From an uncultured Lachnospiraceae bacterium (GTDB taxonomy: Bacteria; Bacillota; Clostridia; Lachnospirales; Lachnospiraceae): a stretch of 64,000 nucleotides of DNA. Under the pieces are notes generated by a model. The model saw only the letters and a list, made by a program, of their open reading frames with translations, did not search any database and was not told where the DNA came from. The stretch spans positions 11,355 through 75,354 of the forward strand of contig CAZUGH010000002.1 in NCBI GenBank assembly GCA_964619785.1, read 5' to 3'. Below are positions 31,821-43,276 of the stretch, piece by piece. A program made the position numbers and the translations under genes. Numbering within the stretch: the stretch's first letter is position 1; each line of letters begins with the position of its first letter.

Positions 31821-32273
31821 ATGGTTACAATAGGAACAGTTCAGGTTAGTGCGGTAGTAATATGGTTGGTTCTTTTTGCTTTGTTCTTGATTTGTGAATT
31901 GGCTACCATGGGACTTACGACTGTATGGTTTGCTGGTGGCTCACTTGGTGGAATGGTAGTAGCGATTTGTGGAGGAGATATTCCGCTACAGATTGTCGTG
32001 GCTATTGTTGTATCAATTGTATTACTTGTTGCATTGAGACCATTTGCACGAAGATACCTTGATAAGGGTCGTGTGATGACCAATGTGGACAGCTTGATTG
32101 GTCAGGTGGCAAAGGTTACAAAAGAGATAGACAATCTTAACAATCAGGGACAGGTGGTCATTAAAGGAATGGAGTGGACTGCAAGAAGTGTCGAGGATAA
32201 AGTGATTGAGGTTGGAACAATGGTAACTGTTGAAGAGATATCCGGTGTGAAGGTTATTGTCCGGGCAAACTAG
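31821..32273 (+). CDS. NfeD-family membrane protein
   Basis: Three N-terminal TMs plus a C-terminal OB-like domain. Immediately upstream of the SPFH gene. Confidence 0.75.
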   Translation: MVTIGTVQVSAVVIWLVLFALFLICELATMGLTTVWFAGGSLGGMVVAICGGDIPLQIVVAIVVSIVLLVALRPFARRYLDKGRVMTNVDSLIGQVAKVTKEIDNLNNQGQVVIKGMEWTARSVEDKVIEVGTMVTVEEISGVKVIVRAN

Positions 32274-32284
32274 GAGGTAGAGAA

Positions 32285-33205
32285 ATGGAAGGATTTGTTG
32301 CAATTATTGTTATCGTAGTTATCGTGTTGATTATCGTTTCGTCCTGTGTAAAAATCGTACCACAGGCACAGGCTCTTGTTGTAGAGCGTTTGGGTGGATA
32401 TCACTCAACATGGAATGTTGGTCTTCATTTTAAATTACCAATCATTGATCGTGTTGCATGTCGTGTGGCATTGAAGGAACAGGTTGTTGATTTTGCTCCA
32501 CAGCCCGTTATCACAAAGGATAATGTTACCATGAGAATTGATACCGTTGTATTTTTCCAGATTACTGATCCTAAGCTTTACGCTTATGGTGTTGAGAATC
32601 CGTTGATGGCAATTGAGAATCTGACAGCGACTACTCTTCGTAATATTATTGGTGATCTTGAATTGGATCAGACACTGACATCTCGTGAGACAATTAATAC
32701 GAAGATGCGTTCTTCTCTTGATATTGCTACTGACCCATGGGGAATTAAGGTAAATCGTGTTGAGTTAAAGAACATTATTCCACCAAGTGAGATTCAGGAT
32801 GCGATGGAGAAACAGATGAAGGCAGAGCGTGAACGTCGTGAATCCATTCTTCGTGCAGAAGGTGAGAAGAGATCTACAATTCTTGTAGCTGAAGGTAAAA
32901 AGGAATCTGCAATCTTAGAGGCAGAGGGTGAGAAAGCATCGGCAATTCTTCATGCGGAAGCGGTAAAAGAAGCTACAATTCGTGAAGCAGAAGGTAAAGC
33001 AGAAGCTATTGAGGCAATTCAGAAGGCGAATGCAGAAGGTATCCGTTTCTTGAATGAATCCGCACCTAGCCAACAGGTTATTGCAATTAAGAGTTTAGAG
33101 GCATTTGAAAAGGCAGCAGATGGTCAGGCAACTAAGATTATTATTCCATCCGAGATTCAAGGAATGGCTGGACTTGCTAAGTCCGTTGCCGAGGTTATGA
33201 AATAA
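32285..33205 (+). CDS. SPFH/band-7 (stomatin-like) protein
   Basis: N-terminal TM, SPFH core (TKDNV...TRD), EAEG/AEGE-rich coiled C-terminus. Confidence 0.9.
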   Translation: MEGFVAIIVIVVIVLIIVSSCVKIVPQAQALVVERLGGYHSTWNVGLHFKLPIIDRVACRVALKEQVVDFAPQPVITKDNVTMRIDTVVFFQITDPKLYAYGVENPLMAIENLTATTLRNIIGDLELDQTLTSRETINTKMRSSLDIATDPWGIKVNRVELKNIIPPSEIQDAMEKQMKAERERRESILRAEGEKRSTILVAEGKKESAILEAEGEKASAILHAEAVKEATIREAEGKAEAIEAIQKANAEGIRFLNESAPSQQVIAIKSLEAFEKAADGQATKIIIPSEIQGMAGLAKSVAEVMK

Positions 33206-33222
33206 TAAGGAGATGTTTACAA

Positions 33223-34221
33223 ATGAATTTGACAGGCAAGAATTTTCTAACATTAAAAGACTTCACGCCAGCAGAGATTGAATATATGCTGGATTTGGCA
33301 GCTTACCTGAAGGAAAAAAAGAAAAAAGGCGAGGCTGTGGACCATTTTCACGGCAAGAATATTGCTTTGATTTTTGAAAAGACAAGTACTAGAACACGTT
33401 GTTCTTTTGAAGTGGCTGCCTATGATCTAGGTATGGGTGTGACGTATCTTGACCCATCAGGATCTCAGATTGGTAAGAAAGAGAGCATTGCCGACACAGC
33501 ACAGGTATTAGGACGTATGTATGATGGGATTGAATATCGTGGATATGGCCAGGAAATTGTAGAAGATTTGGCAAAGTATGCCGGTGTTCCTGTGTGGAAT
33601 GGTCTTACGAATGAATATCATCCAACACAGATGTTAGCAGATATGCTGACGATTCGTGAGCATTTTGGCAAGCTGAAGGGAATCAATTTTGTATATATGG
33701 GAGATGCCAGATATAACATGGGTAATTCCCTGATGATTGCTTGTGCAAAGCTGGGACTAAACTTTACAGCTTGCGCTCCTGAGAAGTATTTTCCAAATAA
33801 AGAGTTGGTGGAAGAATGTCAAGGTTATGCAAAGGAATCTGGTGCAACGATCACACTAACTACAGATGTAGAATCAGGAACCAAGGGCGCAGATGTCGTT
33901 TATACGGATGTCTGGGTGTCAATGGGTGAGCCTACTGAGGTTTGGGATGAGAGAATTCATGACCTGCTCCCATATCAGGTAAACAAAAATGTAATGGACA
34001 ACGCAGGAAGTCAAGCAGTATTCATGCATTGTCTTCCATCCTTCCATGACTTAAACACAGGAATTGGGAAGGATGTATATGAAAAATATGGTCTGAAGGA
34101 ATTAGAAGTAACAGATGAAGTGTTCCAAAAGAATGCTCAGATTGTATTTGATGAAGCTGAGAATCGTATGCATACCATCAAAGCAGTGATGGTAGCGACA
34201 TTAGGAGATTGGAGGGAATAG
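33223..34221 (+). CDS. argF: Ornithine carbamoyltransferase
   Basis: [24 protein letters not shown]. Confidence 0.92.
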   Translation: MNLTGKNFLTLKDFTPAEIEYMLDLAAYLKEKKKKGEAVDHFHGKNIALIFEKTSTRTRCSFEVAAYDLGMGVTYLDPSGSQIGKKESIADTAQVLGRMYDGIEYRGYGQEIVEDLAKYAGVPVWNGLTNEYHPTQMLADMLTIREHFGKLKGINFVYMGDARYNMGNSLMIACAKLGLNFTACAPEKYFPNKELVEECQGYAKESGATITLTTDVESGTKGADVVYTDVWVSMGEPTEVWDERIHDLLPYQVNKNVMDNAGSQAVFMHCLPSFHDLNTGIGKDVYEKYGLKELEVTDEVFQKNAQIVFDEAENRMHTIKAVMVATLGDWRE

Positions 34222-35595
34222 ATGAGCAGCAAACATCTCGATACGGAATGCAACAGAGAGTGGCTACAAAAGATGGCAGCTGTGTGTGAACAGAATAGTA
34301 CTATTGATTCGAGTTTGTATACAAAATATGAAGTAAAAAGAGGTCTGAGAGATTTGAGTGGTCAAGGAGTTTTGACCGGCTTGACAGAGATTTCGGAGAT
34401 TCGTTCTTACACCATCGTAGATAGAGATTTGATTCCATGTGAAGGCAAGCTCTACTATCAAGGAGTGGACGTTGAGGAAATCGTTGACGGATTTTTACAT
34501 GAAAAACGTTTTGGATTCGAAGAGGTTGTCTACTTGCTTCTTTTTGGAAGTCTTCCTACCGAGACGCAGTTAGAGGAATTGAAGGCGTTACTGAGTCAGT
34601 ATCGTGCCAGCCTTCCACCAGCCTTTGTGCGTGATATCATTATGAAAGCACCAAGTGTGGACTTAATGAATACACTGGCAAGGAGTGTTCTTACCTTGTA
34701 TTCTTATGATAAGAAAGCGGATGACACAAGTTTGGACAACGTATTGCGTCAATGCCTACAGCTGATTGCTTTGTTCCCAATGTTTTTAGTATATGGCTAT
34801 CAGGCATCTAGTTATTTTCATGATGGCGCTGGATTTTTTATCCACCCACCAAAACCGGAGTATTCAACAGCGGAGAATATTCTTCACATGTTACGTCCGG
34901 ATAGTGTATTTATACCACTAGAGGCCAAGATTTTGGATATTGCACTTGTACTACATGCAGAACATGGCGGTGGTAATAATTCTACATTTACCAATCATGT
35001 TGTGACATCTTCGGGTACGGATACATATTCAGCGGTATCTGCATCACTTGGTTCACTAAAGGGACCAAGACATGGTGGAGCCAATGTGAAAGTATCACTT
35101 ATGTTTGAGGATATGAAAAAGCACATCAAGGATTGGACCAATGAAGATGAAGTTCGTCAGTATCTAGTTGATTTGGTAGAGAAGAAAGCATTTGACCATT
35201 CGGGATTGATTTATGGAATGGGTCATGCGGTGTATTCCATCTCGGATCCGAGAGCGAATACATTTAAGAAGTTCGTTCAGAGTCTGTCCAAGGAAAAGGG
35301 ACGGATGGAAGAGTTTGATTTATATACGATGGTAGAACGAATAGCACCTGAGGTTATCGCAAAGGAACGACAGATATATAAAGGCGTTAGTGCTAATATC
35401 GATTTTTATAGTGGTTTTGTTTACAATATGCTAGAGCTTCCCAACGAATTATATACTCCGCTTTTTGCAATGGGACGTATCACAGGTTGGAGTGCACATC
35501 GCTTAGAGGAGTTGATTAATGCAGGTAAGATTATTCGTCCTGCATACAAAGCCGTTAGTAAACATAAACCATATGTACCAATGGACGAGAGATAA
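34222..35595 (+). CDS. Citrate (or 2-methylcitrate) synthase
   Basis: HAEHGGGN, GMGHAVY, DFYSG catalytic-region motifs. The start abuts the argF stop. Confidence 0.88.
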   Translation: MSSKHLDTECNREWLQKMAAVCEQNSTIDSSLYTKYEVKRGLRDLSGQGVLTGLTEISEIRSYTIVDRDLIPCEGKLYYQGVDVEEIVDGFLHEKRFGFEEVVYLLLFGSLPTETQLEELKALLSQYRASLPPAFVRDIIMKAPSVDLMNTLARSVLTLYSYDKKADDTSLDNVLRQCLQLIALFPMFLVYGYQASSYFHDGAGFFIHPPKPEYSTAENILHMLRPDSVFIPLEAKILDIALVLHAEHGGGNNSTFTNHVVTSSGTDTYSAVSASLGSLKGPRHGGANVKVSLMFEDMKKHIKDWTNEDEVRQYLVDLVEKKAFDHSGLIYGMGHAVYSISDPRANTFKKFVQSLSKEKGRMEEFDLYTMVERIAPEVIAKERQIYKGVSANIDFYSGFVYNMLELPNELYTPLFAMGRITGWSAHRLEELINAGKIIRPAYKAVSKHKPYVPMDER

Positions 35596-35615
35596 GCAAC
35601 GATTACGGAGGATGT

Positions 35616-35945
35616 ATGAACCAAGAACAAATTCTCTGCGGAAGCAGTTCATATGAAGAAAAATTTTATTTAAATCCAAGATTCGCCAATCTGCCAGAAT
35701 CGATCCGTGAAGAGCTACAGATTATGTGTGTAAGTTTGACCGCGGAGGTTGGTGGAATCTTCACAATCGAGTTTGAGGAAAATGGTGAGCTTTTTCTGTC
35801 GACATTTGCGACAGAAGGAGATTTGCTTTACGATGAGATTGGTGCTCACTTAAAGGTGAAGCAACTACAATATGATAAGTCTGAGTTGTTAGAAGGACTT
35901 GAGATGTATTATCAATCATTTTACCTAGACAAGGGGGATAAATAA
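35616..35945 (+). CDS. Hypothetical protein
   Basis: 109-aa ORF with GGAGGA RBS. Its stop overlaps the coaX start. No motif recognised. Confidence 0.5.
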   Translation: MNQEQILCGSSSYEEKFYLNPRFANLPESIREELQIMCVSLTAEVGGIFTIEFEENGELFLSTFATEGDLLYDEIGAHLKVKQLQYDKSELLEGLEMYYQSFYLDKGDK

Positions 35946-36727
35946 TGCTTCTTGTAATAGATGTAGGAAATACCAACCTGACCTTTGGTGTGTTTAAAGA
36001 ACAGGTGATTATGACCAGGTTTCGATTAACAACCGCGATTCCACGTACTTCGGATGAGTTTGGTGTGTATATACTGGATTTACTAGAACATCAGGGAATC
36101 ACAGGGGAGCAGATTGAGCATGTTATCATTGCCTCTGTTGTTCCGCAGGTGATGTATTCGTTAAGTAATGGTGTTCGCAAATATCTCAAGCGAGAACCAT
36201 TGATTGTGGGTATTGGTACTAAGACAGGTATTCGTATCTGTACTGGTAATCCGACTGAGATTGGTGCAGACCGTATTGTAGATGCGGTAGGAGGTCTTGA
36301 TCTTTATGGAGGACCACTGATTGTTGTTGATTTTGGAACAGCGACGACATATGACTTGATTGGTGAGGATGGTTCTTTCTTAGCAGGAATAACGAGTCCT
36401 GGTATTAAGCTATCTGCCAATGCGCTTTGGAATGGTACAGCTAAATTGCCAAAGATTGAGATTGAGAAACCTGATTCCATCTTGGCGAAGAATACGGTAA
36501 CTAGTATGCAAGCTGGTTTGTTCTATGGAGCACTAGGACAGACAGAATACATTATCAAGCAGATACGTAAGGAATCTGGGTTTGACAATCTCAAGGTGGT
36601 TGCAACTGGCGGATTGGGAAGATTGATTTCTGAAAATACAGGCAGCATTGATATTTATGATTCGGATTTGACGCTTCAGGGGCTGCGACTTATTTTTGAA
36701 AAAACGATTGGAATGAAAAAACGATGA
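35945..36727 (+). CDS. coaX: Type III pantothenate kinase
   Basis: [21 protein letters not shown]. Confidence 0.9.
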   Translation: MLLVIDVGNTNLTFGVFKEQVIMTRFRLTTAIPRTSDEFGVYILDLLEHQGITGEQIEHVIIASVVPQVMYSLSNGVRKYLKREPLIVGIGTKTGIRICTGNPTEIGADRIVDAVGGLDLYGGPLIVVDFGTATTYDLIGEDGSFLAGITSPGIKLSANALWNGTAKLPKIEIEKPDSILAKNTVTSMQAGLFYGALGQTEYIIKQIRKESGFDNLKVVATGGLGRLISENTGSIDIYDSDLTLQGLRLIFEKTIGMKKR

Positions 36728-37692
36728 AATTAACAATAGGTAATGTCACATTAGATAATCCGGTGATATTAGCACCAATGGCAGGAGTAACCGACCTGCC
36801 ATTTCGTCTGCTTTGCAAAGAGCAGGGAGCTGGTTTGATTACCACAGAGATGGTTAGTGCAAAAGGGATTTTTTATAATAGCAAAAACACGAAGAAGATT
36901 ATGGAGATTCGGGAAAATGAACGCCCAGCTGCATTACAACTTTTTGGCTCAGATCCCAAGATTATGAGTGAGATGGCGAAACAAATTGAGAATCATAACT
37001 TTGATATTCTTGATATTAATATGGGCTGCCCAGTACCCAAAGTGGTAAACAATGGTGAGGGGTCGGCATTGTTGAAAAATATCCCATTGGCTTACGAGAT
37101 TATGAAAGCTGTTGTGGATGCTATTGATAAGCCAGTTACCGTTAAGTTTCGTAAGGGCTTTTTGGATGGAGAAACACAGGCACTTGAGTTAGCAAAGGCG
37201 GCAGAAGAGGCTGGCGTGGCAGCAGTTGCTGTTCATGGAAGGACGAGAGAGCAATATTATAGTGGAGAAGCGGATTGGAAAATTATCCGCCAGGTGAAGG
37301 AATTAGTAAAAATACCAGTGATTGGTAATGGAGACATTTTTCACGCAGAAGACGCAAAGCGGATGATGGACGAGACTGGTTGTGATGGTGTGATGGTGGC
37401 GAGAGGAGCAAAAGGAAATCCCTGGATTTTCCATGAGATACTTACCTACCTTGAAACTGGCGTGGTGCCAGCAAAACCATCTATGCAAGAAGTGGTTGAT
37501 ACCATATTACGACATGGTCAGATGCAGATTGAGTGGAATGGTGAGCTCGCAGCCATGCGAGAAATGCGAAAACATGTAGCATGGTACACAAGCGGATACC
37601 CTCATTCGGCGGCTTTACGAGGCAAAATTAACGAAATTGAGAAAATTGACGACTTACGCGAACTTTTATTTGAACATTTATGTAAAGTATAG
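36724..37692 (+). CDS. dusB: tRNA-dihydrouridine synthase
   Basis: [20 protein letters not shown]. 4-nt overlap with coaX. Confidence 0.9.
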   Translation: MKLTIGNVTLDNPVILAPMAGVTDLPFRLLCKEQGAGLITTEMVSAKGIFYNSKNTKKIMEIRENERPAALQLFGSDPKIMSEMAKQIENHNFDILDINMGCPVPKVVNNGEGSALLKNIPLAYEIMKAVVDAIDKPVTVKFRKGFLDGETQALELAKAAEEAGVAAVAVHGRTREQYYSGEADWKIIRQVKELVKIPVIGNGDIFHAEDAKRMMDETGCDGVMVARGAKGNPWIFHEILTYLETGVVPAKPSMQEVVDTILRHGQMQIEWNGELAAMREMRKHVAWYTSGYPHSAALRGKINEIEKIDDLRELLFEHLCKV

Positions 37693-37748
37693 TAAAATGG
37701 TAAAAAGGTTTATGCCTAAAGAAGAATAAACGAGAGAGGTGCAAAGTA

Positions 37749-38834
37749 ATGAGTAGTAAACTTAGAGTTGGTATCCTTGGCGGTACCGGAATGGTAGGAC
37801 AGCGTTTTATTTCTCTTCTTGAGAATCACCCATGGTTTGAAGTAGTTGCTATCGCAGCTAGTCCAAGAAGTGCAGGGAAGACCTATGAAGATGCCGTTGG
37901 CGGACGTTGGAAGATGCAGACACCAATGCCAGAGGCGGTAAAGAAGATTGAAGTTATGAATGTCAACGAAGTTGAAGCAGTAAGCAGCAAAGTTGATTTT
38001 GTATTTAGTGCGGTTGATATGACCAAGGATGAGATTAAGGCCATTGAAGAAGCATATGCCAAGACAGAGACACCAGTTGTATCCAACAACAGTGCACACC
38101 GTTGGACACCTGATGTACCTATGGTAGTACCTGAATTGAATCCAGAGCACCTTGAAGTTATTGAGCATCAGAAGAAGCGTTTGGGAACAACGAGAGGATT
38201 TATTGCTGTTAAGCCAAATTGCTCCATTCAGAGTTACACACCAGCATTGACTGCTTGGAAGAAATTTGAACCAGAAGTTGTCGTTGCTACAACCTATCAG
38301 GCAATTTCAGGAGCAGGCAAGACATTTAAGGAGTGGCCTGAGATGGAACATAATATCATTCCATATATCGGCGGCGAAGAAGAGAAGAGTGAGAAAGAGC
38401 CTCTTCGTATCTGGGGTAAAGTTGAAGACGGTGTTATCGTTCCGGCAACAACTCCACTGATTACAAGTCAGTGTATCCGTGTTCCTGTTTTAGATGGACA
38501 TACAGCAGCTGTCTTCGTTAATTTCAAGAAGAAACCAACCAAGGAAGAATTGATTCAGGCATTGGTTGAGTATAAGGGTGCTGCTCAAGAATTAGAGTTA
38601 CCAAGTGCGCCAAAGCAGTTCATTCAGTATCTTGAAGATGACAATCGCCCACAGGTATCATTAGATGTAAACTATGAAAATGGTATGGGTGTTTCCGTAG
38701 GTCGTCTGAGAGAAGACTCATATTTTGATTGGAAGTTTGTTGGACTTTCTCACAATACAGTACGTGGTGCTGCAGGTGGTGGAGTTTTGAGTGCAGAGCT
38801 TCTGAAAGCAAAAGGATATATCACAGCGAAGTAA
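37749..38834 (+). CDS. asd: Aspartate-semialdehyde dehydrogenase
   Basis: GGTGMVGQ, active-site KPNCSIQ, SHNTVRGAAG. Confidence 0.92.
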   Translation: MSSKLRVGILGGTGMVGQRFISLLENHPWFEVVAIAASPRSAGKTYEDAVGGRWKMQTPMPEAVKKIEVMNVNEVEAVSSKVDFVFSAVDMTKDEIKAIEEAYAKTETPVVSNNSAHRWTPDVPMVVPELNPEHLEVIEHQKKRLGTTRGFIAVKPNCSIQSYTPALTAWKKFEPEVVVATTYQAISGAGKTFKEWPEMEHNIIPYIGGEEEKSEKEPLRIWGKVEDGVIVPATTPLITSQCIRVPVLDGHTAAVFVNFKKKPTKEELIQALVEYKGAAQELELPSAPKQFIQYLEDDNRPQVSLDVNYENGMGVSVGRLREDSYFDWKFVGLSHNTVRGAAGGGVLSAELLKAKGYITAK

Positions 38835-38859
38835 TATGTACGACGTTTGAGGGGGTGTC

Positions 38860-39318
38860 ATGGTGAAGAGATTTAAGGTATTAGTCAAGGGAATTGTTCA
38901 ACATGAGAATCAGTTTCTAGTGGTCGAACGCTGGTATGATGATCGCATTTTTGACCCATATCAGTGGGAATTTGTTGATGGTGAATTAGAATTTGGAGAG
39001 GTGCCGGATAAGGCAGTTCTTCGAGTAATTCAAGAAAAGACCGGACTTACCGTAGCAATCGATGACATACTCTATACATGGGGATTCACCGCTGGAGAGA
39101 TTTGTACGTTAGGCATTGCATATCAATGCGTGTCGGCGACGGATGAAGTGACTCTAGCGGAGGATTACCGTGATTATAAATGGGTCACGCGTGATGAGAT
39201 GAGTGACTATATTACGAATAAAGCAGTGCTTGAAGATATTGACCGAGCAGGATTGACAAGAGATTTTGATCTCGAAGATTTTGGAAAGGTGGATATTTTT
39301 ATTGAACATTTGGATTAA
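38860..39318 (+). CDS. NUDIX-family hydrolase (Nudix box partly degenerate)
   Basis: The sequence is GELEFGEVPDKAVLRVIQEKTGL, against the consensus GX5EX7REUXEEXGU. Confidence 0.7.
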   Translation: MVKRFKVLVKGIVQHENQFLVVERWYDDRIFDPYQWEFVDGELEFGEVPDKAVLRVIQEKTGLTVAIDDILYTWGFTAGEICTLGIAYQCVSATDEVTLAEDYRDYKWVTRDEMSDYITNKAVLEDIDRAGLTRDFDLEDFGKVDIFIEHLD

Positions 39319-40606
39319 AAATGGACATTTACTGGACCCAGGAACCAACCGTGATGGTATGTTTGACATCTTTATTAAAGATGGCAAAGTAGCAGCTGTT
39401 GGTTCTTTTCCAAGTAAATACGTAAGTGAAGAAGAATTACAGGAAAGTCAGCAAGTAGATGCTACAGGCAAATATGTTATGCCAGGCTTCATTGATTTGC
39501 ATGTACATTATCGTGAACCAGGGTTTGAGTACAAGGAGACGATTGCCACAGGAACAAAAGCAGCAGTTCGTGGAGGGTTTACAGGGACATGCCCGATGCC
39601 AAATACTAAGCCTAGTACAGATTGTCCACAGATGATTGATAAGGTTCTTACGATTGCTAGTCGCGAAGGTCTCTGTAAAGTGTATCCAGTCGGTGCCGTA
39701 ACAATCGGTCAGATGGGTCAAGAGATGACGGATATTGAAGGTATGGTTCACGCGGGTGCCAAGGCAATTAGTGAGGATGGTAAGTCAGTTATGGATGCTG
39801 GTCTATATCGACGCGCGATGGAAGAAGCAGCTCGAATGGATATTCCGGTTATGGCTCACTGTGAGGATAAAAACCTTGTTGGAAAAGGTGCTCTAAACGC
39901 AGGAGATAAAGCACAGGAACTTGGTGTTGCAGGGATTACCAATGCGGTTGAAGATGTCATCGTTGCGCGTGATATTTTATTAGCAAAAGAGACTGGTGCT
40001 AGACTTCACCTTTGTCACTGCTCAACGAAAGATAGCGTTGAGATGATTCGTCTTGCCAAGGCAGAAGGTGTGTGTGTAAGCGGTGAAGTATGTCCACATC
40101 ATTTTGCTATGACAGAACAAGACATCCCTGGGGATGATGCCAACTATAAGATGAATCCACCACTGAGAAGCGCAGCGGATGTTCAGGCGTTGAAGGAAGG
40201 CCTACGCGATGGTGTGATGGATGTGATTTCAACGGACCATGCACCACACAGCGAGGAAGAAAAGCAAAGACCAATTGCGGAAGCGCCATTTGGTATTGTT
40301 GGTTTAGAGACTGCATTTTGTCTGACGGTGACACATCTTGTATTAGAGGGCTATTTGACACCGATGCAGATGGTTGAGAAGATGAGTACCAATCCAGCTA
40401 GAATTCTCGGTGTAGAAGGTGGAACTCTTCGAGAGGGGTCAGTAGCAGATTTGGTAATTGCGGACATGAATGAGAGATATCAGATTAATCCAAATGAGTT
40501 TGTTTCAAAGGGAAAAAACACACCATTTTCTGGACATGAAGCCGTAGGACGAGTTGAGAAGACGATGGTGAATGGACAGTTTGTCTATGAAATGGAGACA
40601 GTATAA
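39302..40606 (+). CDS. pyrC: Dihydroorotase
   Basis: DLHVHYREPG (HxH), AISEDG, HLCH, STDHAPH. TTG 39302 follows GGAAAGGTGGA. The listed ATG 39266 would overlap the NUDIX gene by 53 nt. Confidence 0.9.
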   Translation: MNIWIKNGHLLDPGTNRDGMFDIFIKDGKVAAVGSFPSKYVSEEELQESQQVDATGKYVMPGFIDLHVHYREPGFEYKETIATGTKAAVRGGFTGTCPMPNTKPSTDCPQMIDKVLTIASREGLCKVYPVGAVTIGQMGQEMTDIEGMVHAGAKAISEDGKSVMDAGLYRRAMEEAARMDIPVMAHCEDKNLVGKGALNAGDKAQELGVAGITNAVEDVIVARDILLAKETGARLHLCHCSTKDSVEMIRLAKAEGVCVSGEVCPHHFAMTEQDIPGDDANYKMNPPLRSAADVQALKEGLRDGVMDVISTDHAPHSEEEKQRPIAEAPFGIVGLETAFCLTVTHLVLEGYLTPMQMVEKMSTNPARILGVEGGTLREGSVADLVIADMNERYQINPNEFVSKGKNTPFSGHEAVGRVEKTMVNGQFVYEMETV

Positions 40607-40631
40607 GAGCATACCAGAAAAGGAGATCAAG

Positions 40632-41549
40632 ATGATTAATAAATTAGTAGAGAAAATCAAGAAGTTAGAGGCACCTATTGTTGTTGGACTAGATCCAATG
40701 TTGAGTTATGTCCCAGACTACATTTTAAATAAGGCAATTGAAGAAAAGGGCGAATCATTAGAAGCTGCTGCAGAAGCAATCTGGCAGTTTAATAAGGGAA
40801 TCGTTGATGCCACTTGTGATTTGATTCCAGCTGTGAAACCGCAGATTGCGATGTATGAGCAGTTTGGTGTTCCTGGAATGATGGCGTTTAAGAAGACAGT
40901 AGATTATTGCCATGAGAAAGATTTAGTCGTTATCGGAGATGTGAAACGTGGCGATATCGGTTCGACATCTACAGCCTATGCGGTTGGACATTTAGGACAG
41001 GTTCAAGTAGGAAGTAAGAAGTTTTACGGTTTCGATGAAGACTTCGCTACGGTTAATCCATACCTAGGCTCTGATGGTGTGAAACCATTTATTGAAGTAT
41101 GTAGGGAGGAAAACAAGGGATTATTTATTTTGGTGAAAACTTCCAATCCATCGAGCGGTGAATTCCAGGATCAAGAGATGAATGGACGTGCACTATATGA
41201 AGTTGTAGGTGAACGTGTCGCTGAATGGGGAACCACTCATATGGGGGATTCATATAGTTACATAGGAGCTGTGGTAGGAGCCACATATCCTGAACAAGCA
41301 AGGGTTCTTCGGTCAATTATGCCAAAAACTTATATACTAGTGCCTGGTTATGGTGCACAGGGTGGAACAGCGAAAGATCTGAAACCATTTTTCAATGAAG
41401 ATGGACTTGGTGCAATTGTTAATTCTTCTCGTGGTATTATCGCAGCTTATAAACAGGATAAGTATAGTAAGTTTGGACCTGAGAATTATGCAGATGCTTC
41501 ACGTCAGGCAGTGCTTGATATGAAGGCAGACATTCAAACTATTTTTTAG
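40632..41549 (+). CDS. pyrF: Orotidine 5-prime-phosphate decarboxylase (long type 2)
   Basis: VVGLDP, GDVKRGDIGST. ATG 40632 follows AAAGGAGA. Confidence 0.9.
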   Translation: MINKLVEKIKKLEAPIVVGLDPMLSYVPDYILNKAIEEKGESLEAAAEAIWQFNKGIVDATCDLIPAVKPQIAMYEQFGVPGMMAFKKTVDYCHEKDLVVIGDVKRGDIGSTSTAYAVGHLGQVQVGSKKFYGFDEDFATVNPYLGSDGVKPFIEVCREENKGLFILVKTSNPSSGEFQDQEMNGRALYEVVGERVAEWGTTHMGDSYSYIGAVVGATYPEQARVLRSIMPKTYILVPGYGAQGGTAKDLKPFFNEDGLGAIVNSSRGIIAAYKQDKYSKFGPENYADASRQAVLDMKADIQTIF

Positions 41550-41564
41550 AAAGCGAGAGTAGAG

Positions 41565-42482
41565 ATGAAAAAGAGAATTAGTGCAGTTGTATTAGTATTA
41601 GCAATGGTTGTATCCTGTATGACAGGATGTGGAAAAAAGGATGCATTACAGGCAGCAGTTGAAACCGCACAGAGTGCGAAGAACATGGATGCCACACTAA
41701 AGATGGATATGTCAATGAAGATGAGTGTCGCTGGTCAAGAACAGACGTTAGATATGAATATGGATGGCGATATGACAATTTTCACGGACCCACTAAAATA
41801 CAAAATGAATATGTCGATGAAGATGGCAGGACAAGATACAAAGATGGAAAGTTATATGGCAAAAGAAGGCGAAAACTATATGACTTATACCAATTCTGGT
41901 ACGACATGGAGCAAGGTAAAAGTTGCTAGTGCAGATGAGATGGATAAGGTAAAAGCACAGAGTGATGCTTACAATGTTGCAAGTTTTGTTAAGAATAAAG
42001 AAGACTTGAAACCAGGTGAAGATGCTACTGAGAACGATAAGACTTATAAAACTTATACAGCAGTGATGACGAAAGAAATGATGAAAGAAGCAATGGAGAG
42101 TTCAATGGGAAATTCATTGGACAGCTTAAGTTCTCTGACAGGCGGTAAGCTTGACAAAGATAAATTAGATAGCATTCTTGATAGTATAAAAGATGTTACC
42201 TACACAATTTGGGTCGATGAAGAAGAAGCTGTTATCTATCGTGTGAAGTATTCTATGGCAGAGATGATGGATTCCTTGATGAGCCAGTTATTTGCATCAA
42301 TGGCATCTGGTTCTGATGCGGATGGTATGACAGCCGAGCAAAAGAAAGTAATGAAGAGCCTAAAGATTGAGATTGGTAAATGTGATATTGATATCGTTTA
42401 CAAGAACTACAATGAAGCAACTGATTTTGAAATTCCAGCAGAAGCACTTGCTGCTAAAGAGACTACTTCAGCAACAGAGTAA
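41565..42482 (+). CDS. Met-rich lipoprotein of unknown function (LolA/LppX-like size class)
   Basis: Signal peptide with lipobox VSCMTG-C. About 10 percent Met, with clustered MxM motifs. Confidence 0.7.
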   Translation: MKKRISAVVLVLAMVVSCMTGCGKKDALQAAVETAQSAKNMDATLKMDMSMKMSVAGQEQTLDMNMDGDMTIFTDPLKYKMNMSMKMAGQDTKMESYMAKEGENYMTYTNSGTTWSKVKVASADEMDKVKAQSDAYNVASFVKNKEDLKPGEDATENDKTYKTYTAVMTKEMMKEAMESSMGNSLDSLSSLTGGKLDKDKLDSILDSIKDVTYTIWVDEEEAVIYRVKYSMAEMMDSLMSQLFASMASGSDADGMTAEQKKVMKSLKIEIGKCDIDIVYKNYNEATDFEIPAEALAAKETTSATE

Positions 42483-42508
42483 TATTTTCCTAGAGAGGAT
42501 GAATCACC

Positions 42509-43276
42509 ATGGCGAAAAAACAAATGATGGCGCATATCACAGCGATGACAAAAGTGACAACAGATATTTATAGTATGTGGCTCCGTGTCGAGGGTATCGC
42601 TTCTGAAGCAGTACCAGGACAGTTTATTTCCCTGTATTGCAACAATGAAGATCGATTGTTACCGAGACCAATTAGTATCTGTGAGATTAATCGTGAAGAA
42701 GAATTATTACGACTTGTTTTTCGAGTTGTTGGTAAGGGAACAGAGGAATTCTCACATTTACAACCAGGAGACACAATCAAGGTGCTAGGACCACTTGGCA
42801 ATGGTTTTCCATTGCAAGAGGGTAAGGCAATCCTGATTGGTGGCGGAATTGGAATTCCACCTATGTTACAGCTTGCTAAGGAATTGCCAGGCGACGTAAC
42901 CGTGGTGCTTGGCTATCGTGATGATGATTTGTTTTTAAAAGAGGATTTTGAACCTTATGCTAACGTTGTTATCTCTACTGAAGATGGCAGCGTTGGTACA
43001 AAGGGTAATGTTATTGATGCAATTCAAGAAGAAAAGCTCGAAGGATCCGTGGTCTACTCCTGTGGTCCAACACCAATGCTACGTGGTGTGAAGGCATATG
43101 GAGAGAAAAATGGCATACCGACTTATCTATCTATGGAAGAGAAGATGGCTTGTGGAATTGGGGCATGTCTTGCCTGTACTTGCCAGTCTACAGATGTAGA
43201 TGACCATTCTAAGGTCCATAATAAGAGAATCTGTAAAGATGGCCCAGTATTTTTATCTACGGAGGTGACACTATGA
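42509..43276 (+). CDS. pyrK: Dihydroorotate dehydrogenase B electron-transfer subunit
   Basis: RPISI FAD motif, GGGIGIPP, C-terminal 2Fe-2S Cys cluster CGIGACLACTC. Confidence 0.9.
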   Translation: MAKKQMMAHITAMTKVTTDIYSMWLRVEGIASEAVPGQFISLYCNNEDRLLPRPISICEINREEELLRLVFRVVGKGTEEFSHLQPGDTIKVLGPLGNGFPLQEGKAILIGGGIGIPPMLQLAKELPGDVTVVLGYRDDDLFLKEDFEPYANVVISTEDGSVGTKGNVIDAIQEEKLEGSVVYSCGPTPMLRGVKAYGEKNGIPTYLSMEEKMACGIGACLACTCQSTDVDDHSKVHNKRICKDGPVFLSTEVTL

